A stretch of DNA of 60,525 nucleotides, filler included, from Sphacelaria rigidula (GCA_964200075.2; 6 parts of 6 records of this genome joined end to end with filler, not necessarily neighbours in it); one strand, 5' to 3'. Shown: positions 24,217-37,951, counted from the whole stretch's first letter. Notes: a model not told the origin generated them from the letters alone. Numbers and translations: made by a program.

Positions 24217-27200
24217 GGGCGAGCACTCGAGTCATTGCTCGTTGTGGAAACGAACCAATAGGGCGAGCACTCGGGTCATTGCTGGTTGTACAAACGAATT
24301 TATGGGGCGAGCACTCGAGTCATTGCTCGTTGTGGAAGAAAATATAGAGGACAAGCTCTCGAGTCATCGCTCGTTGTGGAAACAAATCAATAGGGGGAGC
24401 ACTCGAGTCATTGCTCGTTGTGGAAACGCATTAATGGGGCGAGCACTCGGGTCATTACTCGTTGTGGAAACATTCCAATAGGGCGAGCACTTGAGTCATT
24501 GCTCGTTGTGGGAACATACTAATAGGGCGAGCACTCGAGTCATTGCTCGTTGTGGGAACATACTAATAGGGCGAGCACTCGGGTCATTGCTCGTTGTGGA
24601 AACAAAACAATAGAGCAACAACTGGGGTCATTGCTCGTTGTGGAAACGAACAAGTGGGGTGAGCACTAGGGTCATTGCTCGTTGTGGGAAGAAACCAATA
24701 GGGCGAGTACTTGAGTCATTACTCCTTGCGGGAACAAACCAATAGGGCGAGCACGCGGGTCATTGCTTGTTGTGGAAGCATATTCATAGAGCGAGCACTC
24801 GAGTCATTGTTCGTTGTGGAAACAAACCAACAGGGGGAGCACTCGAGTCATTGCTCGCTGAGGAAACAAGCCAATAGGGAGAGCACTCGAGTCATTGCTC
24901 GTTGTGGGAACAAACCAATAGGGCGAGCACTGGAGTCATTGCTCGTTGTGGGAACATACTAATAGGGCGAGCACTCGAGTCATCGCTTGTTGTGAACAGA
25001 AACCAATAGGGCGAGCACTCGGGTCAGTGCTCCTTGAGGAAACAAACAAATAGGGCGAGCACTCGGGTCATTGCTCGTTGTGGAAACGAACTAACGGGGC
25101 GAGCACTCGAGTCATTGCTTGTTGTGGAAGAAAATAGCAAGGACAAGCTCTCGAGTCATTGCTCGTTGTGGAAGAGTTTTGATTGGGCGAGCCCTCGAGG
25201 CATTGCTCGTTGTGGGAACATACACATAGGGCGAGCACTCGAGTCATTGCTCGTTTTGGGAACATACACATAGGGCGAGCACTCGAGTCATTGAACCTCG
25301 TGAAACGAAACTAATGGGGCGAGCACTCGGGTCATTGTTCGTTGTGAAAACATGATGGTAGGGCGAATATCGGGTATTTGCTCGTTGTGGAAACAAACAA
25401 ATAGGGCGAGCACTGGAGTCATTGCTTGATGGGGAAACATACTGATAGGGCGAGCACTCGAGTCATTACTTGTTGTGAAAAGAAACCAATAGGGCGAGCA
25501 CTCGAGTCATTGCTCGTTGTGAAAAAGAACACATAGGGCGAGCACTCGAGTCATTGCTCGTTGTGGAAACATACTTATAGGGGGAGCACTCGAGTCATTG
25601 CTCGTTGTGGAAACATACTAAAAGGGCGAGCACTCGAGTCACTGCTCGTTTTGGAAACACACCAGTGGGGCGAGCACGCGGGTCAATGTTCGTTGTGGAA
25701 ACAAACCAAGAGGATGAACACTCGAGTCATCGCTCCTTGCGGGAACAACCCAATAGGGCGAGCACGCGAGTCATTGCTTGTCGTGGAAACATACTAATAG
25801 GGCGAGCACTCGAGTCATTGCTCGTTGTGGGAAGAACCCAATAGGGCGAGTACTCGAGTCATTGCTCCTTGCGGGAACAAAGCAATAGGGCGAGTACGCG
25901 GGTCATTGCTTGTTGTGGAAACATACTAATAGGGCGAGCACTCGAGTCATTGTTCGTTGTGGAAACAAACCAATAGGGCAAGCACTCGAGTCATTGCTTG
26001 ATGTGGGAACACACTCATAGGACGAGCACTGGAGTCATTGCTTGTTGTGGAAACAAACCAATAGGGCGAGCACTCGAGTCATTGCTCGTTGTGGACCAAC
26101 AAGCACCAGAGTCATTGCTCGTTGTGGGAACGAATCAATAGGGCGAGCACTCGAGTCATTGCTCGTTGTTGGAACGTACTGATAGGGCAAGCACTCGAGT
26201 CATTGCTTGATATGGGAACACACTCATAGGACGAGCACTGGAGTCATTGCTTGTTGTGGAAACAAATCAATAGGGCGACCACTCGAGTCATTGCTCGTTA
26301 TGGACCGAAACCAATAGGGCGAGCACTAGGGTCATTTCTCGTTGTTAAAACAAACAAGTGGGGCGAGCTCTCGACTCACTGCTTGTTGTGGGAACAAACC
26401 AATAGCGCGAGCATTCGAGTCATCGTTCGTTGTGGAAACACACCAAGAGGGCGAGCACTCGAGTCATTGCGCCTTGCGGGAACAACCCAATAGAGCGAGC
26501 ACTCGGGTCATTGCTTGTCGTGGAAACATACTAAAAGGGCGAGCACTCGAGTCATTGCTCGTCGTGGGAAGAAACCAAAAGGGCGAGCACTCGAGTCATT
26601 GCTCGTTGTGGAAACAAATCAATAGGGCGAGCACTCGAGTCATTGCTTGTTGTGGACTCAAACCAATGGGGCAAGCACTCGAGTCATTGCTCGTTGTGGA
26701 AACAAACCAATAGGGCGAGCACTCCGGTCATCGCTCGTTGTGGGAACATACTAAAAGGGCGAGCACTCGAGTCATCGCTCGTTAAGGAAACAAACCAAGA
26801 GGACGAGCACTCGAGTCATCGCTCCTTGCGGGAACAACCCAATAGAGCGGGCACCCGAGTCATTGCTCGTTTCGGAAACACACCAGTAGGGCGAGCACTC
26901 GGGTCATTGTTCGTTGTGGGGAGAAACCAATACAGCGAGTACTCGAGTCATTGCTCCTTGCGGGAACAAACCAATAGGGCGAGCACACGGGTCATTGCTT
27001 TTTGTGGAAGCATACAAATACGGCGAGCACTCGAGTCATTGTTTGTTGTGGAAACAAACCAATGGGGCAAGCACTCGAGTCATTGCTCGCTGTGGAAACG
27101 AACCAATAGGGGGAGCACTCGAGTCTTTGCTCGGTGTGGGAACATACTAAAAGGGCGAGCACTCGAGTCATTGCTCGTTGTGGAAACAAACCAATAGGGC

Positions 27201-30200
27201 GAGCACTCGAGTCATTGCTCGTTTCGAAAACACACCAGTGGGGCTAGCACTGGAGTCATTGCTTGTTGTGGGAACAAACCAATAGGGCGAGTACTCGAGT
27301 CATTGCTCCTTGCGGGAACAAACCAATAGGGCGAGCACACGGGTCATTGCTTTTTGTGGGAACATAGTAATAGGGCGAGCACTCGAGTCGTTGTTTGTTG
27401 TAGAAACAAACCAAGAGGGCAAGCACTCGAGTCATTGCTCGCTGTGGAAACAAACCAATAGAGCGAGCATTCGAGTCATCGCTCGTTGTGGAAACGAACC
27501 AACAGGGCGAGCGCGCGGGTCATCGCTTGTTGTGGGAACAAACCGATAGGGCGAGCACTCGAGTCATTGCTTCTTGCGGGAACAACCCAATAGAGCGAGC
27601 ACGCGGGTCATTGCTTGTTGTGGACTCAAACCAATGGGGCGAGCACTCGAGTCATTGCTCGTTGTGGAAACAAACCAAAAGGGCGAGCACTCGAGTTTTT
27701 GCTCGTTGTGGAAACAAATTAATATGGCGAGCACTCGGGTCATTGCTTGTTGTGGAAACAAAGCAGAAGGGCGAGCACTCGAGTCATTGCTCGTTGTGGA
27801 AACAAACCAAAAGGGCGAGCACTCGAGTCATTGCTCGTTTTCGGAACATACTAGTAGGGTGAGCACTAGTGTCAGTGCTTGTTGTGGAAACAAACCAATA
27901 GGGCAAGCACTCGAGTCATTGCTCGTTTCGGAAACACACCAATAGGGCGAGCACTCGAGTCATTGCTCGTTGTGGAAACAAATCAATAGGGGGAGCACTC
28001 GGGTCATTGCTTGTTGTGGACTCAAACCAATGGGGCGAGCACTCGAGTCATTGCTCGTTGTGGAAACATTGAAGTAGGGCGTGTATCGGATATTTGCCCG
28101 TTGTGGAAACGAACAAGTAGGGGAAGCACAGGAGTCATTGCTCGTTGTGGGAACGTACTAATAGGGTGAGCACTCGAGTCATTGCTTGTTGTGGAAACAT
28201 ACTAATAGGGAGAGCACTCGAGTCATTGCTCGTTTTGGAAACAAACCAATAGGGCGAGCACTGGGGTCATTGCTTATTGTTAAAACAAACCAATAGGGCG
28301 AGCACTCGAGTCATCGCTCGTTGTGGACTCATACCAATAGGGCGAGCACGCCGGTCATTGCTTGTTGTGGGAACATACTAATAGGGCGAGCACTCGTGTC
28401 ATTGCTCGTTGTGGAAACAAATCAATAGGGCGATCACTTGAGTCATTGCTTGTTGTGGGAACATACTGATGGGGGGATCACTCGGGTAATTCCTCGTTGT
28501 GAAAACGAACCAATAGGGTGAGCACTCGAGTCATTGCTGGTTTTTGGCACATACTAACAGGGCGGGCACTCGAGTCATTGCTCGTTGTGGGAACAAACCG
28601 ATAGGGCGAGCACTCGAGTCATTGCTCGTTGATGAGAACAAATCAACAGGGCGAGCACTCGAGTCATTGCTCGTTGTGGAAACAAACCAATACGGCAAGT
28701 ACTCATGTCATTGCTCGTTGTGGAAACAAACCAATGGGGCGAGCACTGGGGTCATTGCTCGCTGTGCAAACAAACCAATAGGACGAGCACTCGGGTCATT
28801 GCTTGTTGTGGGAACAAACGCATAGGGCAAGCACTCGGTTCATTGCTTGTCGTGGAAACAAACAAATAGGGCTAGCACTCGGGTCATTGCTCATTTTGAA
28901 AACAAACCGAAAGGCGAGCACTCGAGTCATTGCTCGTTGTGAAAACATAAAAGTAGGGCGAGTATCGGATATTTGCTCGTTGTGGAAACGAAAAAATAGG
29001 GCAAGCACAGGAGTCATTGATCGTTGTGAGAACAGACTAATACGGTGAGCACTCGAATCATTGCTCGTTGTGGATAGAAACCAATAGGGCGAGCACTCGA
29101 GTCAATGCTCGTTTTGAAAACAAACCAATAGGGCGAGCACTCGAGTCATCGCTCGTTGTGGATAGAAACCAATAGGGCGAGCACGCCGGTCATTGCTCGT
29201 TGTGGGAACATACGAATAGGGCGAGAACTCGTGTAATTGCTCATTGTCGAAACAAACCAATAAGGCGATCACTCGGGTAATTCCTCGTTGTGAAAACCAA
29301 CCAATAGGGCGAGCACTCGAGTCATTGCTGGTGTTTGGCACCTACTAACAGGGCGAGCACTCGAGTCATCGCTCGTTGTGGAAACAAACCAATAGCGCGA
29401 GCACTCGAGTCATTGCTCGTTGATGAGAACAAATCAACAGGGCGAGCACTCGAGTCATTGCTCGTTGTGGAGCAAAATCGACACGACAAGCTCTCGAGTC
29501 ATCGCTCGTTGTGAAAGGAAATTGATTCGGCGAGCACTCGAGTCATTGCTCGTTGTGGAAACACACCAATGGGGCGAGCACTCGAGTCATTGTTCGTTGT
29601 ATAAACAAACCAATAGGGCGAGCGCTCGAGTCATCGCTCGTTGTGGAAAGAAACCAATAGAGCGAGCACTCGGGTCATCGCTCGTTGTGAAAACAAACTA
29701 GTGGGGCGAGCACTCGAGTCATCGCTGGTTGTGGGAACATATTCATAGGGCGACCACTCGAGTCATTGCTCGTTGTGGAAACAAACCAATGGGGCGAGCA
29801 CTCGGGTCATCGCTTGTAGTGGAAACAAACCAATAAGGCGAGTACTGGAGTAATAGCTCGTTGCGGGAACAAGCCAATAGGGCAAGCACGCGGGTCATTG
29901 CGTTTTGTGAAAACAAACCGATAGGGCGAGCACTCGAGTCATTGCTTGTTGTGGGAACGAACCAATAGGGCGAGCACTCGAGTCTTTGCTCGTTGTCGGA
30001 AAATCGCAATAGCGGGAGCACTCGAGTCAATGCTCGTTGTGGAAACGAACCAATAGAGCGAGCACTCCGGTCATTGCTCGTTGTGGAAACGAATGAATGG
30101 GGCGAGCACTCCAGTCATCGCTTGTTGTGGAAACAAACTAGTGGGGCGAGCACTCGAGTCATTGCTCGTTGTGGAAACAAACCAATGGGGCGAGCACTCG

Positions 30201-30214
30201 AGTCATTGCTCGTT
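24217..30214. repeat. 44-bp tandem satellite, about 135 units, running into the contig end
   Basis: Consensus GGGCGAGCACTCGAGTCATTGCTCGTTGTGGAAACAAACCAATA. Period 44 (e.g. 24481, 24525, 24569). Confidence 0.97.
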
Positions 30215-30314
30215 NNNNNNNNNNNNNNNNNNNNNNNNNNNNNNNNNNNNNNNNNNNNTTAATTAATTAANNNNNNNNNNNNNNNNNNNNNNNNNNNNNN
30301 NNNNNNNNNNNNNN
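30215..30314. other. Artificial contig linker
   Basis: N-run with TTAATTAATTAA. Confidence 0.97.
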
Positions 30315-32425
30315 TGTCCCGTCCAAAAAATCAAACCTTACGTAGTGTTAAATGGCCCGAAGTTACGTTTTTTCCTTTATTTTCAAATGTGTCACGTGTG
30401 TCACGTATCCCTCCCTGAAAAATACTAAGATAGCACCCTCAAGGTTATCATACCCCCGTGCTATGAGCCTCTTTATTTTCGTTCGTTTTTCTTTTTCCGT
30501 CTGTGACGAGGAGGGGTATATATTGAGAGGTATAACCATTGTCGCTGGTTAGCGGTGAAGGCATTTCTATCCCACATTTCCTTTTCACAAATTTCTTCGG
30601 CGTGTCAGGTGTCCAACGCAAGACTTTCTCCACAAGCTATATCCCGTGAGTTTGAAAACTTCACTTACTCATCCCTCCCCCATTTTAAGACTTTTTTAGC
30701 CGGCTTTACTTCAGCGGATCATCTTGTTTTGTTCTAATTAGTATCGCGGTGATCGGGCCGGGGTGTTCAGAAGCCGGGTCCTCGTGGTCCTTCCCCAAGG
30801 AAAAATGTTGTAGATTGGTTTCACCGGTGTCGCCTATATGAAAAGGCGATCAGACCTTCATATTAATAGTGGTCATTCACCCTCCATGTAGGGTAGAATT
30901 CACATCGATATACTATAAAACAGATATTATGATGAACATTACTATATTATATTATCACATTATTATCATTTTTATTGCTAAAAATTTCGCACACTAGCCC
31001 CATCTGTCGGACCCGTGGTCGCATACATAGGCTCGCCTTTGCAGTGCCGTCACTACTATTCCTGACATGAGTTACATGCGTCAAATGACTAAGGCAAGCA
31101 ACAAATGAGTACGCCCCCCCTCGTGCAGCGAAGCATGTGAGACTACATACGCAGACGCAACGAGAGGTGAAAGGTTCATGTCCTGAGGCCGATAAAGATT
31201 CAAGATCCAAGGCCGTGCTACAAACCAACACGGAGGAATACAATGTAACCGTGAAAGGGAGCCAGGCGGGAGCAATCGAGATCATGTGGATAAAAGATAT
31301 CGCCTGCCCCAACTTCTAGACCACAGCACGGCCAAGGCTTTCGCCCCCCACCCCCCCCAACATGGACCAGGGAACTTCAACACCGGACAGGGCACATGTA
31401 CCCTTTTCATGTGCGCGACAGAATAGGGTACAACACATGTTATCAGTGCTTGACTGATTGAGTGATCAATTGGCGCACATGAAACTGATCCAGTACGAAT
31501 CCCCGTCGTGGTCATTAGATAAAAGATAAATGTCTCCGACCTATGTACATAAACATTAAGCGAAAAGATTCCAAGCCATCGCGGCCCGGTGATCTAAATT
31601 AAATTGGTACGACTGATACGATTAGGTTGGGAAAAAAACGTGGGTTCTATTCCCGCCAGATGCCTAGTTCGTTTTTTTCTTTAATCACAAGTGTCTGGCT
31701 TTCGGCGTTGAAAACGTGGGGAGACATGATTAGACAAAAAGAGTATGTTCGACTGAATCCGTTATACGAGAGCCGACACCATGCGGGATTTAATCAATCG
31801 ATTGATCTATTGATTCATTGATCGAAAGCCGCACATCAACTGATCCCCTAAGAGTCATGATCCAGCGGTGGTCAGTATCCACAAGATGGATGTACCCAAG
31901 ATGAAACAAAAAGCGGCAGTGCTGATTCAATCCAATCCGCGAGGCCCGAGATGTAAGGCGTGTACTGCGGGAGAGGTGATTTTGATTCCTTGAGACCATG
32001 GAGTCGTCCCGAGGGGGGGAGGGGTCCAAAGCGTGAAAAAAAAAAAAACACAACCAGGCGCAAAAGGACGCTCGAATCGGGGGGAAATGGGGGAGGTGGT
32101 GATGGAGAGCACAGAGTATACAAATCGATGCAGAGACGAATAGCCCTTGCCCCCCCCAAAATGAAAGTTACAACACATTTGATGGGTCATATGCTGGGGA
32201 ATGATTAGTGATCACTGAAACATTTTCAAAGTCTGTGAATGGTGAAACGATCTACCACTATTAAAAAGTGACGGGGGGGGGGGGGGGGGGGGCGAGGACG
32301 CATAGCTGTAAAGACGCACAACAAGAAAAGCACACACCCCTCCCACAACCAAACAAACAAAACAACANNNNNNNNNNTATGTTCGAGCAGTTACTACATT
32401 ACGGCGGGCGCCCGTGAAGACGAGG

Positions 32426-32456
<31 letters not shown>

Positions 32457-32742
32457 GTGTACTCATGATGTTGCATGCCGTAACCATAAGACCATTGACC
32501 TCGCATCCCTACAAAGCCGGAACGGAGCACACGCCGGGCTTTCGCCGGACTACTGTAGGCTCGCATTCGATCACCAAGCGCGAATGGCCGTGATGTGTTC
32601 GGCGAGTCGCATGAAGAGTAACCTGCATCCCGCTAAGAGTGTTCGGCCCGAAGCGTACTGATTGTCTTGCATATGGATGACAGCCTAAAATGGGTTGAGG
32701 GGGGAGGGGGGACTTACTCATGATTCTGCATGCCGTAGTCAT
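32426..32742 (+). repeat. Dispersed ~270-bp repeat with a poly-G end (MITE-derived)
   Basis: GTACTCATGA...GACCTCGCATCCCTACAAAGCCGG...GGATGACAGCCTA. Copies lie at ~36775-36990 and ~56064-56320. Confidence 0.75.
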
Positions 32743-32842
32743 CTTACTCGGACACCCCTAACTGCTATAGGAAGTATCGAACGGGATTAGGTAAAAACTT
32801 GAAGTACCGTAGATGTCGGGTTTGCTGTACAGCAGGTGGGGA

Positions 32843-33369
32843 TGTCCTAGTAAGATACTCTACACGGTACATGACGTACGGTTCAACGCGAGGAACCAAA
32901 AGGAGCGGTTCGGGAACCAGTACTCTAGCCAGTGTGATTCAGCCGAGCTAGAACGGGCATGTAGCTCCGTATTGAGAGCCCTGCAGTTGGGCTTCACAAA
33001 AAAAGGTTCAGGGAAAATATTCACGAAGAAGGTTCCAGAGGGGAATTTCCAGAACCTTCTCTATGAACCCTTTTTCTGAACCCTCATTCTGAACCCCAAC
33101 TGTAGGGCTTTCAAATGTTGTTCAAGAACTTTTTTTTTCAACCTTCGTTCTGAACCCCAGCTTTAGGAATTTCAAAAGTTCCAGGATCTTTGCTCTGAAC
33201 CTTCTGTCTGAAAGTTCTTTCTGAACCCCAACGATAGGACTTTCAATACGGGGCTACATACTCGTTGTGGCTCGGCTAAATCGCACTGGTTCCCGAATCG
33301 TTCCTTTTGGTACCTCGCACTGAACAGTACCGACTTCTTATGCACCGTGTATAGCATCTCACTCGGACA
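32843..33369. mobile_element. Foldback element with ~150-bp TIRs and internal (CT)GAACC repeats
   Basis: 32843-33000 is reverse-complementary to ~33220-33369. Confidence 0.75.
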
Positions 33370-33562
33370 GGGGTAGGGGTCGCGGAAGCGTAAGGTACTC
33401 CTTTACACGTGCCTGATCTTCGGAAACCCCCAGCATCCTCGCCGCCTTGCTTGAACCAATCCGTTTTGCCAGTTTGTTCTCGTCCAAGTGCCCCGGTGAC
33501 CATTCCCCTGTTGTGCGGATGTCAAAGTCGACGCAGAAATAAAATACAAGTGAGGTAATACT

Positions 33563-33872
33563 GCTACAAAATTCGACTTAACGGTCGACGAGGGAAAGGA
33601 ACTGCTGAATCCCTCTCGCGATAAAAAATAAAAGGGCAAGCACCGCAGAAGGAAGGTGGGGTACTAGGAACAAATAAAAAAGAAAAAGCTCTTGTGTTGA
33701 CCTTCTTCCTGTGTGACCCCGGCTGGTGCGCCCACATATACCGAAAGACTGGCGTCCAGAATAGATGAGACGACAACGCTACTACTTCTACTTCTACTTC
33801 TACTTCGACTTCTATTACTACTACCACTACTACTACTACTACCACTACTACCACTGCTGCTACAACTACTAC
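33563..33872 (+). mobile_element. 5'-truncated SINE copy with a (TAC)n tail
   Basis: Reverse complement of the SINE body at 51375-51855, followed directly by a TAC/TTC microsatellite at 33779-33872. Confidence 0.75.
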
Positions 33873-35620
33873 ACGTATTTTCGCACAGTAAGCCTAACCC
33901 AACAAGACTATCGCTGCATTCAAGGGCACCAGTACCTACTTCATGGTGGCGCCCGAGAACAACCTAATCTATACTAGCAGTATCGTGCTGAAGCGTGTCC
34001 TACCTTACACGTGCCCAGGACTTATCCAATTGATTCTGCGAAAAAATTCCTCGCGAGAACCCATTTCAATCATATCTTATGTCAAGGCTTGCGAGTTCCG
34101 CCGCGAGTAGAAGACGGTGAGTCACAGGGGGGGAGGGGGGGGGGGGGGGGGGGGGGGAGGGGGGGGTTTTCCTTAAAGAAAGTTAAAGATAAATAAAAAA
34201 ACCAAAAAACCAATCAATCAAACAAACCATTGNNNNNNNNNNGGCCTGGGCGGTTTGGGGTGGGGTGGGGGGGGACTGGGGGGGGGTTGGGGCGACGGGG
34301 TGCGCTGTACGCAGTGTTTTTCCTTCAGGGATGTTGATGATCAATATATCAACCAATCATCCAATCACTCAATCAACCACTTGGATCACCACCGTGACAA
34401 AACAAGCCTGTTACGCTACTCCATGGGAGAGAACATGACGAGATAAGAGAAATATGAAGAAATGGGTCAACGCTTTCTCGGCAAGAAAAAAAAACACACA
34501 CATTTACGTCGAAGTACTGTCAATGTTCGAGAATATTAATAAAAATAACAACAGCAGTAACAGCAACAACAACAACAACAACAATGATAATTAGTGGTAA
34601 GCCACGGCTGACGCGCGTTGCAGCAGTGCCGCAGGTATCAACGCCATAGGTCTAGCACGCGTGGAGGCTCTGAACAAAATGACAAAAAAAAAAATGACCC
34701 TGATATTAACCACAGTTCATCAGTAAAAGCAGACCAGCGCTTCCAACCCCATGGCTAGCCGTTACCACAACGGAAGGAGAAAGGAAGCGTGACCGTGTTG
34801 GCGCCAATCCGGCAGCGCTACATTCATGGAGAGTCTATCCCAAGGAAGCGAGCACAAAACCGAGTGGAACGGCTCCCCGTCACTTGTCCACTCCCCTAGC
34901 GGATGTACAGTGGTATCTCCTCATGGCGTGTCTTAAACCACTCATGTTGGGGTGTCGTGGTGTACGGTTGCTCCGTATTTATTTTGATTTTATTACACGG
35001 AAATCAATCGTGGTGTATATGTCGGTGGGCATCGCGTAACGCTCAGGGTTACGCGGAACTCTACATTCCCCCTCCCTGGACAACCGTCAAGCAGCAAGTG
35101 TAACCGATCCTGCCTTGTCGGTCGCACTGTTCATTTTTCACGTTCGATCCTGCATTATCGGTCGCACTGCTCGTTTTTCCCGTCAAGGGTAAGGCAGAGC
35201 GTATTGGGACAAACGGTTGCAAAATGCTTCAAAAACGAGTTGATTAAAGTATGTATATAAGCTTCACCGTAATGCTGTACAAAGTATGGGGCGGAGAGAC
35301 ATTTACGCTATTCATAAATCTGATGAGCGATTAATTATTAAATAATTGGAATATTTCTGACAATGATCATAAATAACAACGACAAAATATAATAACAACA
35401 GTGAGCGCTGCCCTCGCTCTCATGGTCATCTTCGCAATACCGCACTTGAATCTCTTTTCCAAAACATGCACCGCCGCTGCCCGCTCCCCCTTCCCCCTTC
35501 CCAGAAAAGGGCCACAAGAAGAAAAGTGTATCATGTAATATATATATATATATATATATATCATGGTTTTTAAATACCCCATGGAGTATGACGACATAAT
35601 CATGACCATATCAAGTCATT

Positions 35621-35869
35621 CACGGTTCGGACGAATCATTGCCGGTTCGAATCACCAAATCCCCGATTTCTCACGCCTGGTCGCTTGGAAGAGAGAAAAG
35701 AGTTGACCGCTGGCAACAAAGGTCTCCACGCAATTTTTGCGCCATTCCATGTGCCGGGGCTGCGCGTACCTGGGTTGCAACGCTGAAAACAAAGCGTAAG
35801 GATTGGTACGAATCAATCAAACTAGAATCAAGTAATTTCCAGACGAATCATTTATTCATCCGAACCTTG
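35621..35869. mobile_element. hAT-like MITE, 8-bp TSD
   Basis: TIR CACGGTTCGGACGAAT ... ATTCATCCGAACCTTG. Flanks AAGTCATT/AAATCATT (7/8). Second copy at 54747-55004. Confidence 0.85.
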
Positions 35870-35900
35870 AAATCATTCACCCACGCAGCCCACACCCCCT

Positions 35901-36256
35901 TCAATCCAGTGGTCTGGCCATCTCATTTTTTTGACCCGGCTGACGTAACGCACCCGTGTCACGTTGCGCGGCCGGTTTCCCACCCCCTTCCTTCGCCGGC
36001 GCTATTCGTGCCTCAGGGGCTCGCTCGCTCGAGCTCTGTTGTTCCTGAGGGACAGCGGTCGAGGACACCTTGCGGTTGCGCAAGCCTGCCTGACGTCTTA
36101 TTCGCGCTAATATTTCCTTTTCTCCGAGCGGCGTCGGCGCCGGCGCAGGCGAAGATGGTGTCGATTTTTTCGCGTCGGAATCGTTGTCTTTTTCGGAAGA
36201 TTCGGTCAAGTCGACCTCTTTTTCGCCCCCTCTCAGGCCTTCCGGTAAGTCCATAC
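35901..36256 (-). CDS. Possible terminal exon, charged low-complexity peptide
   Basis: Pyrimidine-rich acceptor CCTTTCTCCAG| precedes a GC-rich 117-aa ORF. No partner exons were identified. Confidence 0.3.
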
Positions 36257-37470
36257 CTGGAGAAAGGATTTTTGACGGCGGGCGGACAGCAGCAGTGGTT
36301 GGTGAATGAGACGAAAAAAAAAGGAAAAAAAAAACTAAACAGGGAAGAGGGAAAACACTTTATTTTTGAGACATTATTTGAGTTTTTTTGTTTTCCTTGT
36401 TTTTTTTCTCTCAATAGACAACCGCGTTTGACCATCATTGATAAGGTCTTATCGTTTCACGTACTGGTTATAGAAATGTACTTGAATAACCAGTCATTTG
36501 AAAAATAAGTGTTTTTTTTATGCATCAGTAAAAATGCATGGATGAAGAATAAAGAGCTTTACTGATTAATGGGCACGGTTTGCGTTTTGGTTAAATGTAT
36601 AAGAGAAGATAAATCCCTGTGCGTTGCACTCCCGAGTACTGTAGGAGTCATTCCGTCGCGCCACGGTAGGGATTGCACACCTGGGCCCAAATGTTTTCCC
36701 TCGAGAGGTTCCCAACGTTGGGAGCTACACAAGAATATGGGTCCGGACCATCCCATTTCGAAATTCAATCGAGATATCCTCGCATCCCTACAAAGCCGGG
36801 ACGGAGCACGCCGGGTTTTCGCCGGACGCGGCTCGCAATCGCCAAACGCGAAGCACCGTGACGTGTTCGGCGAGTCGCGTGAGTGGTGAGCTGCATTGTG
36901 CTAAGATTGTTCGCCCCGAAGTGCACTGATCATCTTGCACATGGATGACAGCCTACAATGAGTTGCTTCACTTCATGGTATCGCCACTTTCAGAGACAGC
37001 CACGGGTTACATCCTGCCTTATGAGTGCCACCATATAAACAGTACGTAGTACGATCATTCCCCTTGCGAGGACTTCAGGTTCTCCACCACCCCACACAAG
37101 ATCAAACAACCTCACCAACGTCATGGTCACCGCAAAAAAACACGCAAGCGACATAAACGGTAAGCTGGTTGCATAGCTTACGCCGTGAGTGGCGTGTTAT
37201 ACGGCGTCGTTGCCAACCCTCGAAACCGAAGGTGATAGAGGTGAAGGAGCCATGTTTTTATCTTCACATCAGGGCACGTTTAGAGAGAGCGGGAAATAAG
37301 ACAAACGGACGAACGATGAACGGCGACCCTGCGAACAGACCACAAACAAAAGGGAGCGGCAAAGGGGACGGGAGGAGGAAGAAAATGACATCGGGAAACC
37401 GAGTGGAGTCTCCCGTACCACTGCCAAAGAGGAAACGAAGATGGAGGGGGCGGAGCGCGTGGCGAGATTC

Positions 37471-37810
37471 GTGACCGACGACTGACGACACCGCCCTCCT
37501 CTCTCTTTTTCCCCCTTTCGCCTCGTCTCGTCTATCATTGTGTTATTCTTGCTTTGGTTTGTTTGAGTCCGTTTGTTTGTTTTTTTGTTCCATTATATCC
37601 TGTCCTGGCCTGTGTTGTTCGTTTACATTTCCCCTTCTGTACGGTCGTTTCTTTGGTCTCATCATCCTTTGGTGACCGACGACTGACGACACCGCCCTCC
37701 TCTCTTTTATTTTATTTTTCCTTTCGCCTCGTCTCGTCTTTTGTGTTATTCTTGCTTCGGTTTGTTTGAGTCGGTGTGTTCATTTTTTGTTCCATTCTAT
37801 CCTGTCCTGA
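37471..37810 (+). repeat. ~140-bp direct duplication, ~200-bp spacing
   Basis: GTGACCGACGACTGACGACACCGCCCTCCTCTCT at 37471 and 37672. Confidence 0.85.
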
Positions 37811-37951
37811 ACATAGCAATAATGCATAAAAAAAAAAGGCGAGCCATGGATAATAACTGCAAGGATATCACGTCCAACCCGACCGACACACGCGCAATCA
37901 GTTGCACACGTTTGAAGAAAGACAGACATACAGAAAGACAGAGAGAACGCT

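Noticed and set aside
24217-30214. CRISPR array
   Set aside because: The variable parts are only ~13 nt and are mutated versions of one sequence. There are no cas genes and the context is eukaryotic.
24170-30266. Repeat-protein ORFs (RASTRVIARCGN / GEHSSHCSLWKQ)
   Set aside because: These come from translating a 44-bp unit that cycles through frames, with frequent stops.
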